Shown: positions 1 to 11,875 of the stretch, piece by piece | How the letters are laid out: each line of letters opens with the position of its first letter | How positions within the stretch are numbered: the first letter of the stretch is position 1 | NCBI RefSeq assembly: GCF_009834535.1 | Contig: NC_045696.1 | Location: forward strand, 30,444,001-30,508,000 | Length of the DNA: 64,000 nucleotides | Direction: 5' to 3' | DNA from: Camelus ferus | Lineage: Eukaryota | The notes under the pieces: model-generated | Told to the model about the DNA's origin: nothing | What the model saw: the letters and a program-made list of their open reading frames with translations, nothing else | The model's database searches: none | Program-made: the position numbers and the translations under genes

Positions 1-171
1 TGAGTTTCTAGGCATATTTTCACATTCAATTTAGTGATACAATGGGATTTCTCATCAAAATGAATTCCCAGTAAGTGAAATCTTTAAATACTTTTTATTA
101 TAGTCAAGCTAGAATATTGCCCAGGCAAGAGTTAGTGGCAGGCAGAATTTCATCAGAAATATTCCATGCAT

Positions 172-378
172 GGGGACAGAAGCATTGGACTTGGAAACCA
201 GAAGGTATGGGTTAAATTGTTTATCTTTGTGATACTGAAACACATTTAATCACCTTCTTACTTTGTTTTAATACATAAAAAACATGACTTAGACTCCCTC
301 CCCTACCTATGTCACAGAGGAGAGTGTATATGAAAACACTTGGTAGACCATGAAGCTGTAGACAAAGGCAGCATACTG
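172..378 (+). mobile_element. MIR SINE, degenerate
   Basis: agaagcattggacttggaaaccagaagg... and cctacctatgtcacagagga...tatatgaaaacactt resemble the MIR head and tail. Confidence 0.55.
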
Positions 379-669
379 TTGTTAAAAATGCATACTATGA
401 AGTACAAATAAGTAAGACACTGTCTGAGTAGCTGAGAACTGTTGAGATCATGTCTTCCCAACTTAAGCATTCCCATAACATTCACAGTTATCTTTCAGAA
501 ACTCAACTGTGTACATTTTTTTGTCAGAAGATACAGGGTACAGGAAATCTCCTGCTTTCGTAGCTTTATACTGTAAAAGTGGATGATCCCTGTGTCCTTC
601 CCTAGAGGAGCTGTAGGCTAGCAAAAGCTCTTCCTCCACAGCTCTCTCCAGCTTAGTTGATACACATAC

Positions 670-927
670 CTTTTCAGTTCAATGTCAAGCTCCCGTTGAA
701 CTCCGTGTCAGCGGAACAGCTCCTCAAGTTTCCCTCTAACTTTCATCGCTACTTCGCTCACTGATGCTGAGATGCTGCTGCTTGGTGTGTTCTCACTGCC
801 TGCGCCCATGGCTAAAATCCCAGCACAAATAGCAGACAACTGGAAAACATGAAATGTCTAAGTCTTCCTGGGAGGCTGTCTTTCTTTAATATTTCACATT
901 TGTCATTTCATTTTATTAGGTCAGCCA
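670..927 (-). other. Candidate non-coding (5'UTR or lncRNA) exon
   Basis: Minus-strand donor AAG|GTATGT after 670. Acceptor (T)15-gtctttgttttctacAG before 927, with alternatives before 839 and 811. Six CpGs lie in 694-804. No frame stays open across 811-670. Confidence 0.4.
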
Positions 928-1177
928 CTGTAGAAAACAAAGACAAAAAAAAAAAAAAAAGGCTTCAGAATTTGCCTTAGGGTAGGGGATAAAGAGTAAA
1001 AGGAATAATGTGTTCTAGACTTGATACATTCAAATTTTTAAGAAACTGATATTAATGGCTAGTGTGCCTAAAATTAAGTCCTAAGTAAAACTAGCCATGG
1101 TTTATTTTCTCATTCCAGTGAATACAGTGATCTTACCTTTCCAAGATAATTGGAATTTAATTACTTATTGGCTAAGT

Positions 1178-1325
1178 ACTAACCCTGGGCTTTGGGTAAT
1201 TCACTCAACTTCTTTCAAACTCCTTCGTCTAAGTTGTAAAATGGAACTGATAATGCTAGCCTGAGCTGAATTCTGTGAACAGTAATTGAAATAATATACA
1301 GGAAAACATGTCTTAAATGAGTAGA
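1178..1325 (+). mobile_element. MIR SINE core
   Basis: ctttgggtaattcactcaacttct...tgtaaaatggaactgataat...tgtgaacagtaattgaaataatatac matches the MIR core and 3' region. Confidence 0.65.
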
Positions 1326-1519
1326 CTGTATTATAATTGGTGTATCTTTCACCCTCAGCAAGATCTGTAGAATGCATACAGACACATCTTGAGACAAAAA
1401 TGTAAGACATTAGGATGTTATTAAAGAACATAAAATACAATTGTAGATCCAACAACCATTTACATCTGTGTATTCTTTTCTTGAATAGTGTAAATTTGCT
1501 AAATTTTGTGGCTCACTTA

Positions 1520-2010
1520 CTACAACTAGGTATTCAGGGAGGTTAAAGCTAAAAAAAATAGCTGCAGTAGTAGGAAGGGTTACATAGAGATTTTCTGGGA
1601 GGCTTGGGAATATATAGGATTTAGATAGGCAGAGGGTTGGGCAGAAACACTCACAGGTAAATAGAGTAACATTCATGAATGTATAATGAGAAGGCATACG
1701 TCTAGGGCAAGAAGGATATTAAGCTATTAAGTGTTTGAAATATCTTTAGTTAGGTAAGATGAAATTAGATTAGACACGATTTTAAAAGTAAAGGTGTACT
1801 GAAATTAGTGGGATGGGAAATACAAATTAAATAAAAGCTTTTGAACAATGACATTATGTATGAATTTTTCTAAATTGTTCTGCCTTTTAAAAAATAATCT
1901 AGCAATGATGAGAATTGAAATTGGGGTTGGAGAAACTAGCTATGAATTTGTTGTGTCTATTTATGTTAAAGGTGATGATGTTACGTACTGAAGTACTAAC
2001 CGTGGAAATA
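1520..2010 (-). mobile_element. L2 LINE fragment, highly degenerate
   Basis: Purine-rich ggcttgggaatatataggatttagataggcagagg...caggtaaatagagtaaca is typical of the antisense L2 3' region. Confidence 0.45.
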
Positions 2011-2307
2011 GAGAAAATACAAAAAATACTTAACTCACAGGAAAGAAATAGCTCAAAGAATGGCAGAAACTGAAGCAAATCACACTGTGACTCTTTCCTA
2101 AGCCTTCCTCCTAACCTGCCTATTCAATATGAGTAAAATCTAGTTAAAATTAACATCAGTAACAGCCATAAAAAAAAAAGAAAAGAAAAGAAAAGAACTG
2201 ACAAAGAAGGAAACCTGATATCTATGCATTAACAAGGAAGAGTTTCTTTGTTCTGGAAATGATGGCAGTTTCTGGACGGATTTTTAAAATGTTCAGATAT
2301 CATATAC

Positions 2308-2491
2308 CTGATTTTTCAGCTTCAGCTTGCAAAGCTTTCGTTGCAAAGTGACTCTTTCAGTGACTAAATGGGATTCAACAACATGGAACGCTCAAGAGTC
2401 TGGGGTCTGGGCTGATTTTGCAAAATTGCTCTCTGCTAGACATACTTCTGAAAGCAGTTGTCAAATCAAACAAGGCTGCACTGGCTGCAAG
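2308..2491 (-). other. Candidate 184-nt non-coding exon
   Basis: Minus-strand acceptor gtttgtctttttgctttcaatAG|C at 2491 and donor CAG|GTATAT after 2308. Stops occur in all three frames. Confidence 0.3.
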
Positions 2492-3884
2492 CTATTGAAA
2501 GCAAAAAGACAAACATAAAATAAATGTTTGACCTGGCTCAGCATTGCAGTGAAGGAAAGCTACGCATGTCAGTCAGATCATGGTACAGTTCTTCCTGGAA
2601 TGGATAAAGCATATAGGAGGAGAAGAAAAAATAAAAAAAAACTGAATCCTGGAAAAGGATGAAAGACCCAGGAAAGTAATAAAACCCTGTGGAAAACAAA
2701 AGGCAGGCACAGCACAGTAGAAAAGCCAGATTCATTTTTATTTCGTAGAAAATTCAAGCATTTTCATTTCCCCTTCCTTTCAAGTTGATCACCTTAAGGC
2801 TGTAATGGTTCACGGAAACAACCCAAAAAGCACAGGGGAGCCACGAGAGCATCTGATGGGGAAAAGAATCAATGAAGACAAGCTGGTTTAACTTTGAAGA
2901 ATTATTAACCACCAGAAAAGTCAAAATGCTCAAGAAACAAGGCGAGGTAAGTCAAAGAGGAGAGTGTGAGAGATTTATTTTTAAATCCAGTTGACATGCC
3001 AGTTTACCCAGTCAGGAACTAAGGTAATAGCTTAAAACATCTTGGGAACTTGTCTATGAAGTATGGTAAAACAAGAATAGAAAGGGTTTGGCAACTCCAT
3101 AGGTATTCACCTACTTATTGAATTTCTAATTACCCAAAGGCATCTTTTTAATTTTTTTTTAATCTGGTGATCTTTGTTCACCACTGCTAAAAAATTTAAT
3201 ATCACTTTAAAAGTCACACTGAATCTATGATGGATAAGACTGGAAGCAGCAATCCTTTCTGATGAGGCATCTCCAACTTTGCTTTCAATGACATCCTTTA
3301 TGCAACTGGACAGCTGGAATTTTTGCTTAGAAACATAGCCTCTGGCCATTTCCAACTTATTTAAAGAAAGTTTTGAAAATCATTTAATCACAATATAAAC
3401 CCACCCAAATTACAACTTCATATCAACTTCCATAAGCATGGCAGAAGCAGCTTATTTACGTAATTTGGCTTTAGCATATTTGACGTTGTGCTGAAGATAA
3501 ACACAAAATATAATGTTTCCCCAGGTTTCCTTATTACCTCTCAGGAATATTAAATACCTAGAATATTAAAAAATACATTACATCATGATTTTTGAAGTAT
3601 TTTACACATAATTAATGTCTTTGTGAAACAGATACAAAAGATAGCTAGCTAGACCCCCTCACCACACACACATCCACACAAACCCACAAAAAGTATCCAC
3701 ATTGTAGCCCCTCTACGTTTCCAAAATATTTTCTCCATCTCCCTAGTTTTCCCTGGGATCCATCACTTCCTCTGGAGTGATAAGGGATGTATATTCTTGT
3801 AAATCCACGTATTTTGAATTGGGTATTCCTCCAATTTTCCCTTCCTTTTTATTCTTTTACTATTGCCAGCTAGACTTTGGCATT

Positions 3885-4330
3885 TGTCATCTGCCTCTAC
3901 AAGGATTAAGTTTCTAGCCAAGGCAGTCACTGACCATCAACACAACCTGAAAGGAGTTCAGGCTGGAGATGAGGAATGAGGCTCTCTGGGCTCTGGGAAA
4001 AACTGGCAGAACAGGCCTTCAGATAGTTAGATATCTTCAGGAGAAAAATTTTTGAGCCCAAGTTCTTATGTCTCCTCATATCTAGAAAGGTACTAAAATC
4101 ATTAGTGGTGACATCTGCTCCTCATGACTAGCAGCAAGCCTCTGCCTAAATGTGTGCTTAATTGCATGTACCCCTCCTTCACTAAAATCATACGTAATAC
4201 TGACATTCTCCTCTGCCTCTTTGGTTCCTTAGAGTTATCTGAGATGCTGTCTCCTGGGCTATAGTCCTCATTTTGCCCCCAATAAATCTTCACTCACAAC
4301 TTTCACACTGGGCATTTTTTTCAGTTGACA
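3885..4330 (+). mobile_element. ERV1 solo LTR, MER41-like (cetartiodactyl type)
   Basis: Terminal inverted repeats TGTCA...TGACA, AATAAA near 4281, and ctgagatgctgtctcctgggctatagtcctcattttgcc typical of MER41-related LTRs. Confidence 0.8.
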
Positions 4331-4651
4331 CCATCTTTATATATAAAGCCTAGATTCTTCGGAGTCTTAACCAGCTCTACAACTCTGCACCCTCCCTCTC
4401 CTACTGAGTGTAATGTGCTGACCTCCTAGTCCTCCCTTTCAGGTTTAGAGCTGCACTGCCTGTCTTCCTGTTATCTTGATGCCTGCGCCACCTGGGTGAC
4501 ATCATTCTCCATGTGGGTGACCCACACAGCACCGTAGTCATCCACTTGACAAAAACCCTCCACTGTATTTCTGCCGTATCTTTCTATTCCCACAAACTAG
4601 GATTGTGTCATTTTCCTCAAACTATTCCACCTCTGAAATGATAAACTTATC

Positions 4652-6305
4652 TGTGATATTATGATTTATAATAAGAAATATAGTAGTCCCCTCTTATGTA
4701 CAGGGGATCTGTTTCAGGATTCCCACTGGATCCTGGTAGTACTGAAACCTATATACACAATGATTTTTTCCCTATACATACATAATATAAATTATCTATA
4801 ATATAGATTATAAGTTTATAATTTTTAATTTAGGCAAAGTAAGAGATAAACAACAATACCAATAAAATAGAACAATTATGACAATATGATATAATAAATG
4901 TTATATGAATGTGGTCTTGCTCACTGGAAAATATCTATGGTACAAATTTAATGCCTTCTCCATCTTAACTAAGCATTTAAGATACACTGTAGTGGCAACT
5001 TTTGCAGTTTGAGTTGCAGCAGCAAAACTAGCACAAATTTCTTTGTCCTTCTTCAAAGTTTCACAGCTGAAAGACTTTGTTCTTACTATAGAATGTATAA
5101 AGCCTCAGCATATGATTTTTTCTCATTGACTTTCACCTTTTTCACTTAAGGAAGGCATTTTCTGGTTTCTTCTTGGCATATCTGAATTGCCAGCATCACT
5201 ATGCTTGCATTTTGCTGCCATTTTTAAGTACATATGCTTACTTGAATACAAACACAATACTGGGACAGTTGATCTGATAACCGAGGAGGCTACTAAGTGA
5301 CTAACAGTGGCTATTCTGGACACAGGGACAATTCATGTCCTGGGTGGAATGGAGCAGGCTAGCCTGAGATTTCCTCAAGCTATTCAGTACAGCACACAAT
5401 TTAAAACTTAAGAAGTATTTATTTCTGGAATTTTCCACTTAAGATTTTTCAGACCTCTGTTGTCTGCAGGTAACCGAAACCACAGAAAGCAAAACAGTGG
5501 ATAAGAGGGTCTAGTGTATATATTTGGTCTTTGTCCCCATTTCTGGCACAGAGTTTCTAAAACCTTGGAATTTTCTGTGATGACAGTGATTAAGGTGTCT
5601 CTTGTTAGTTAAGGAGATGGCTTTGGGATCACACCTAAGGATGAGGGCTGGTTGTCAGTGAAGTCACTGGATGAATCATGACATTAGACAGATGAACCTT
5701 TCATTCCCACCCCCACCCGCACACCATCCAAAGAGAGGAGAGGAGGTGAAGATTAAGTTCAGTCACCAGTGGCTAATTATTTAATTAATAATGTCAGTGT
5801 AATGAAGCCTCCATAAAAACCCAAAAGGACAGTGTTCAGGGAACCTGGTTGGTGAGCATATCATGATTTTGGGAGAGGGGTGCCTTTGAAGAAGACATAG
5901 AAGCTCCTTGAGCTTTCCCCTTACTATGCCCTATGCATCTTTTCTATCTGGCTGTTCCTGAGTTCTATCCTTTTATAATATTGATAATTTAGAAAACATG
6001 TTCTCAGTTCTGTGAACCACTCTAGCAAATTAATCAAGCCCAAGGAGGAGATTTTGGGAACCTCCAATCTATAGCTAGTCAGTCAGCACAAGTGACAACC
6101 TAGACTTGAGAGTGGTGTCTGAAGTGGGAATGAAGGGGCAGGTCTTGTGGTACTGAGGACTTAAACTGTGGGATCTCACACTCTCTCCAGGTGGGTAGTG
6201 TCAGAATTGAGTTGAATTATAGGGCAGCCAGCTGGTGTCTGGGAATTTCTTGGTGTGTGTGTGTGGTGGGGGAACTCACACATTGGAATTGGTGTCAGAA
6301 TCATA
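4652..6305 (+). mobile_element. MER21C-like ERVL solo LTR, split by MER44
   Basis: Starts tgtgatattatgatttataataagaaata, resumes tatatttggtctttgtcccc at 5517 and ends ...ttggtgtcagaatcata. The 5-bp TSD TTATC sits at 4647-4651 and 6306-6310. Confidence 0.88.
4681..5516. mobile_element. MER44 (Tigger7-derived TcMar-Tigger non-autonomous DNA transposon)
   Basis: Terminal inverted repeats tagtagtcccctcttat... and ...ataagagggtctagtg, with a TA target duplication at 4679-4680 and 5517-5518. Confidence 0.88.
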
Positions 6306-6835
6306 TTATCCTTCCTACTCTAGAATTTCACATCCTTTTGGATCCCTTAACTCAGTTATTGTCTTCTTTTCTTCTACCTAATAATCATATCTAATCCCTT
6401 GACAGCAATGCTATCTTATTAAATCATTTTTCACTTTTTTAAACTTCTGACCCTATGATATCCTGATTGATTCTCAGCCAATGATTTGTATTCTTAATTC
6501 AAAGATAGTAAGGAAGTAATCAAACAGAAAAGCCTTCAGTTTTCTTTCATCAAACTAAAAGTCTTTACATCTTCCCCATCTTTGTATGGATCTATCTTTC
6601 TGTCCTGCTTCCATGATCTTCTGTCTGATGAACTTCTACTCAGACTGGGGTCATTTCTGAGCTCTGATATCCTGACTCCCCAACCTCCATCCAAATGGAG
6701 TCAAGTGCCCCTTCCAGTTGTTCCCGAAATATCTTATATGCACTCTTTCAATGTATCTATTGACTGCTTTCAATAGTATATTAAGTTAGATGAATCCTTC
6801 ATGCTACCAAGCAGACCTTAGAATATTCACTTGAA

Positions 6836-6926
6836 TACATACACACACATGTACACACACATACAAATACATATATGTATGTATACATATAGAACATATA
6901 CATATATACATACATATGTATATACA
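6836..6926. repeat. Imperfect (CA)/(TA) alternating purine-pyrimidine tract
   Basis: tacatacacacacatgtacacacacatac...atatacatatatacatacatatgtatatac. Confidence 0.85.
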
Positions 6927-7040
6927 ATCATAGAATTTTTCCTTTAGCTAACATTCTGATAAACCATATATAGTTCATTCTCAGTGTGAATTTAATCTTT
7001 TCACTACTTTATGAAGCCTTTAGCCAAAAGAAATCTTCAT

Positions 7041-8397
7041 CTTTTTGGTAAACTTTGTTTAGTACAGTTTTAAATTTACAGGAAAATACAGAAAATAAGA
7101 GTTCTCATAAACAGAAAACCCATTTTACCTTATTATTAATATCTTCCTTTAGTAAACTTGTTACAATTAATGAACCAGGATTAATATATTATTATTAAAG
7201 TTGACAGTTTAGATTTCCTTAGCTTTTACCCAATTTTCTTTTTATGTTTTAAAATCCCACCCAAAATACCATATTACATTTAGTTTAGTCATGTCTCCTT
7301 AGGCTTCTCTTAACTGGAGCAGTTTTTCAGAATTTTATTGTTTTTGTGACATTGATGGTACCAACTGGTATTTTTCAGGCTGCTCCACTATTTGAATTTG
7401 TCTGGTCTTTTTCCCACAATCAGACTAGGGCTGTGGGTTATTGGGAGGAAGATCAGAGAGGTAAGGCACCATCTCCTTACCTGCTATCAAGGGTAAATAT
7501 TGTCAACATGATTTATGACCATTGATGTTGACCTTGATCGCCTGGCTGAGGTAGTGTTTGCCAGGCTCCGCCACTAAAAGTTCACCCCCACCTTTTCATA
7601 CTGTGCTTTTGGGTAAGAAATTAATTCTATGCATCTCACACTTAAGATGTAGGGAGTTATGCTCCTTCTTTGGGGCATATTGTTTGTATAAATTATTTGG
7701 AATTCTTCCCATTGGAAGATTTGCCTCTTCTCCCTCACTTGTTCATTTATTTAATCATTTATTTATATCACTGTGGACTCATAGGTATTTATATTACTGT
7801 AAGTTGTAATCCATTACTACTTTATTTGATTGTTCAAATTGTTCCAGCTTTGACCATTGGGAGCTTTCAGTTGGAGCCTGGTCTACTTAGACATACTCCC
7901 ATTATTGGGAGTTATTGTATGTATGTGTGTATGGTTGGGTTTTTGTTTGTTTGTTTCAGGCACTTTTTGATTTTTTGGCATTATAAGATATCGAGGCTTA
8001 GCTTGTGTTATTTCCTACATCTGCCGTAGAATCAGCCATTTCTTCAAGGAGCCTTGTTCCTTTCATGGCCAAATGGTAACAAAAACCAAGATTTGGGTGC
8101 TTGGTCACCCAAAACTCAGATCATTGCTACTGAATATGTGCCTCCAGCAAATTGTGAAAATTAGCATGTAAGTGTTCCTACCATTGAAGCTGTTTCAGCA
8201 GCTTCTGCTCCAGGTAAACAGATCTCAGTAGTGATTCTCTGTAGTCAGCTGACACTTCAGATTTTGGGGTGGCCTTTGGCAGTTTGGCAGATCCAAGAAA
8301 AGTAGTTGATTTATAGTTTGTGACTTTTGTTGTTGTTGTAAGGACAAGAGTGATGACTTTCAAGATGACTTTACATGTTGTAGCTGAAACCAGAAGT
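7041..8397 (-). mobile_element. L1 (L1MC3/L1MD-type 3'UTR joined to an L1MD-type 5' end), internally deleted
   Basis: 7050-8130 resembles the L1MC/MD 3'UTR. 8180-8397 resembles an L1 5' terminus (...gctgaaaccagaagt). Direct repeat TCTTCAT at 7034-7040 and 8398-8404. Confidence 0.75.
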
Positions 8398-10454
8398 TCT
8401 TCATAAAATTTTAAGGAAAAACCTAGAGAAGGTAGACTCTCTCTACTAACCCCTAAAAAAGCCGTCAGAGAGTATTATGAATTCATTTGTCGGGCAGACT
8501 TAATCACTAGGTATCTCCTCAGGCCAAAAATTAGAATCAGAGTTTATTCACTTTACATGTACAACAGCAAGATAAAAAGATTGATGGTAATAATTCATGA
8601 AGTAGATGTGTTAGCAAAATGAGTAAAAGCTGAAAAAAAAAAGAGAAGACTGGGGAAACATAATCTCTTGCAAATACCAAAAAGTCATGCCAGTCTGTCA
8701 ACTTTTAGTAAAGGGACTCCAAGTCTTGTCTTATCTATTGTGTAGACTCTGCAGTGATTTATGTATTTCCATAGAATGTAATCATTGAGTTATGTAATTA
8801 CCAGCTCGAGTCATGAAAATACAAAAACACAGAACCATATCTGTATAAATCAAATGTAAGAAAGCAGGGATGTATCTAATGTATTTTAGAGCAACCCCTA
8901 TACTTAATACATTGAACACAAAAACAAATTGGGACTTCAGTCAGTCAACTTCTATTACTTGGAAAGTCACTTACATAGAATTCCTCAGTCCACCAGTGTT
9001 CTCAGTAGGTGAACCATTTTCTGCATATTTTATCTATGAACTGTCTAGTATAATGTATAATTATAACAAGCAGCAGCCACATTAAGAAATATTTTTCTTA
9101 CCCAGGTAATGCTATATGTTATATATCAGATAAGTTTCCCAACATCTTGACTATATGCATCAAATTGGAAATGGTTAATAGCTTCCTTCCTTCTTCTCAG
9201 TGAGTGAAAACACAGCACCGGAATAGTTCCTGATGATAGAGTTTCTTTTAGGTACATGAACAATTGTTTGATTGTTAGTGACAGAATCATCCATTATTCT
9301 TTATGAAAGTGGCAGAAGAACAAATGCTTGCATTGTGACCACACTGTGTAGGTGTTTGTTTAAAACCACTGTGGAAAAGGTAACTCGCATTTCCCTCGTG
9401 AAGATGTCTCTAGTAGTTACCCACAGTGCTTGTGGAGCTGATTATGGATTCTCACTGGAAGCCTTGGGACTGACTAATGGCTCTTGGTGACCAATAATTG
9501 ATCAAAAGATCCTTCTGGATTGTACGCCAACAAGACATTTTAGTGCAGCAGACACAATTTACAGAGCTTATCATAGTTCAGAGTGATGCTCCTTTACCTC
9601 AAAATCTGGCCTGATGTATGTACTTCAGCATCTTAGTGAAAGAGTGACATTATCAAAATGACACTTTCAGAAGATTATTCTGGTGCTACAGGGTGTAATA
9701 GATTAGAGTAGCAGAAGCCAGTGCTTGAGATGTTAGAAAGGAAGCACTTTATAGACATTTAGATTCAGGCTGAGTTCGGCTGAACAGAACAAGAGTTCTG
9801 GCTTATGGCTAAAGCCATGTAGACTACTGGCAGTTCTGTGAAAAGTTAAGGGAGGAGTTTTAGCAAGACTTGGAGATGGTCTGAAAGTTAAAGGAAAGAC
9901 AGTAATATTCACTTGCCTTCTTACTGAGTAGAAATATCATTGATTATGAGTTTGTAAAAAGCTTTATACAAGAAATGAATTAGCTGTTGTCTGTCTGAAT
10001 TAGGGGTTGGAAATATTTTCTAAAATAATGAATGTTTCAGGATGGGGAGATATTGTGTATCCAGCGGTATATGTGTGTATGTTGTCCAGTAATAGCAACT
10101 AAAGCACAATACTGGGGACAGAAATCTTGAAGGACCCTTTATCCAAAAAAAAAAAAAAAACCCATGAAAAAACAAAACAAAACACCGACAGTTGGAGTCA
10201 GTTACCCTCTTAGGGGCTTTATTGAGAATTGACAGAAATAGCCCTATTATTAGCCAGATCCTTAAGCTCTCCCCAGGAAATAAGGAGTGAAAACAGATCA
10301 TATGGTTGTTTTTTGGAGAACGCAGATATCCCACAATGCATATTATTATACATGTTATTCCCATCTCTCATGTGTTTTTTTTTCCTATCCAGAGTCAAGT
10401 GAGGGAAGATCCAAAAACATCATTTGCAAAAGTTAGACAGGCTTGGAGAAAAAG

Positions 10455-10642
10455 ATGGTAGTCAGATAAAATTGAGAGTCTAGCTGAATATGACTTTCAG
10501 ATAAACAACAACATTTTTTGAATTGCACACACGTCCTATGCAATATTTGGGACATGCTTATAATAAGTGGTAGTTATTATTCATCTGCAATTCAAGTTTA
10601 TGTCAGCACCCTGAATTTTAATTGGCTAAATACGGTGACCTA
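10455..10642. mobile_element. MER53 palindromic hAT MITE
   Basis: ggtagtcagataaaa...ttcagataaacaac...gtcctatgcaatatttgggac...tcatctgcaattcaa...ggtgaccta; the element is self-complementary. Confidence 0.85.
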
Positions 10643-10906
10643 GGTGAGAGGCAGGCATCTTGTTTCCTGGCTGGCTGTTTGTGGAGTGACAGAACATTCA
10701 GTTTTATTCTGACACTGCCACCTGGCTCAAGCATGATTAGAAAAATTTTAATAATACATTATGGGAGGATCAGAGCATGGTCTGGTGCTGAGATACCTGA
10801 ATGAACCAGTTCCATGCTTTGAGAGTTTGGTGATAAAGCTAAGTTGACTGTCCACAAAGAGCTGGGTGCGTGCCAAAAGATTCCACAGAGTAGCACTACC
10901 TCAGAG

Positions 10907-11071
10907 CAGGACTCCTGAAATGCAGTGTGCAAATGAATCCCCTGGGGATCTTGATAAAAAACAGGATTTGATTCAGAACGCCTAGGGTAGCTGCTGAAAT
11001 TCTACATTTCTAATAAACTCCAACACATCGCCCAGGCTGAAATCCCACTTACCACACTTTAAGGAGCAATG
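10907..11071. mobile_element. MER5-type hAT-Charlie MITE
   Basis: gaatcccctggggatcttgataaaa...gattcag...aattctacatttctaataaactcc...ccacacttt. Confidence 0.8.
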
Positions 11072-11254
11072 CAGATCAGCGCTGTCTAGAGTCCAGTCTG
11101 ACTCTCAAAATTTCACTTACAAAAACTTGGTCTTGTCAGTGACCTTAGAGATTTTGATGACCTAGAAATACTGACTTAAATTTAATTAAGCCAACAAGAC
11201 TAGTATGAGAATCCAGAACGCTATGCAATTGGCCACCCTCATTCTCAATAATTA

Positions 11255-11875
11255 AAACCTCACGTAGAATACATCACTTTTCTGCTTTAAGCCCTCTGTA
11301 GCCTCCTGTTCCTTTCAGAGTAAAACCCAGTCTCCTGATGGCATCTAAGGCTCTGTATGACCTGCCTCTCCTTCATCATCCTGACCTCATCTGCTAAGTA
11401 AGACTCCCTATTCACCCTCACCACTTCCTCTCCTGCTGCCTTGGCTTCCCTGCTGTTCATAGAACACACCAGACACTCTCCTGATAAACATTCTCTTGAT
11501 CCCCAACCTTGTTTTGCCCAAAAGCTCTTCCTTTCGATATCCACACAATTATTTGATATGTTTCAGTATATGCTTTTTTTATCTCCTCCTCTAGGACTTA
11601 AAATGAACCCTGAATGAGACTACCCTGCTGGGCTGATTTTAACATGCACTTCCTTACCCCATACCCCAGATTTTCCTTCATTCTGATCTAACTTTTCCAT
11701 AACACTAATTTTCTAAATAGCTTATACTTAACTAAAATGTTTAATTAACTATTTATTACCTATAGTCTCATGCTAGAATATAAATTGCACGAAGGCAAGG
11801 ATGTTAACAGTGCTGCCTTGAACAGTATTAGGTTCAAAGTAAGCTCTTAGGACAAGCTTTTTTATTTGAATTAAA
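11255..11875 (+). mobile_element. L2 LINE 3' portion
   Basis: cagagtaaaacccagtctcct...aaggctctgtatgacctgcc...ctagaatataaattgcacgaaggcaagga. Confidence 0.8.

Noticed and set aside
3107..3355. 82-aa minus-strand ORF with a nearby donor-like site
   Set aside because: Non-ATG start, no good acceptor and no recognisable homology.
9252..9379. Plus-strand exon-like segment (ttttag ... aag|gtaact)
   Set aside because: Stops occur in all three frames and there is no partner exon.
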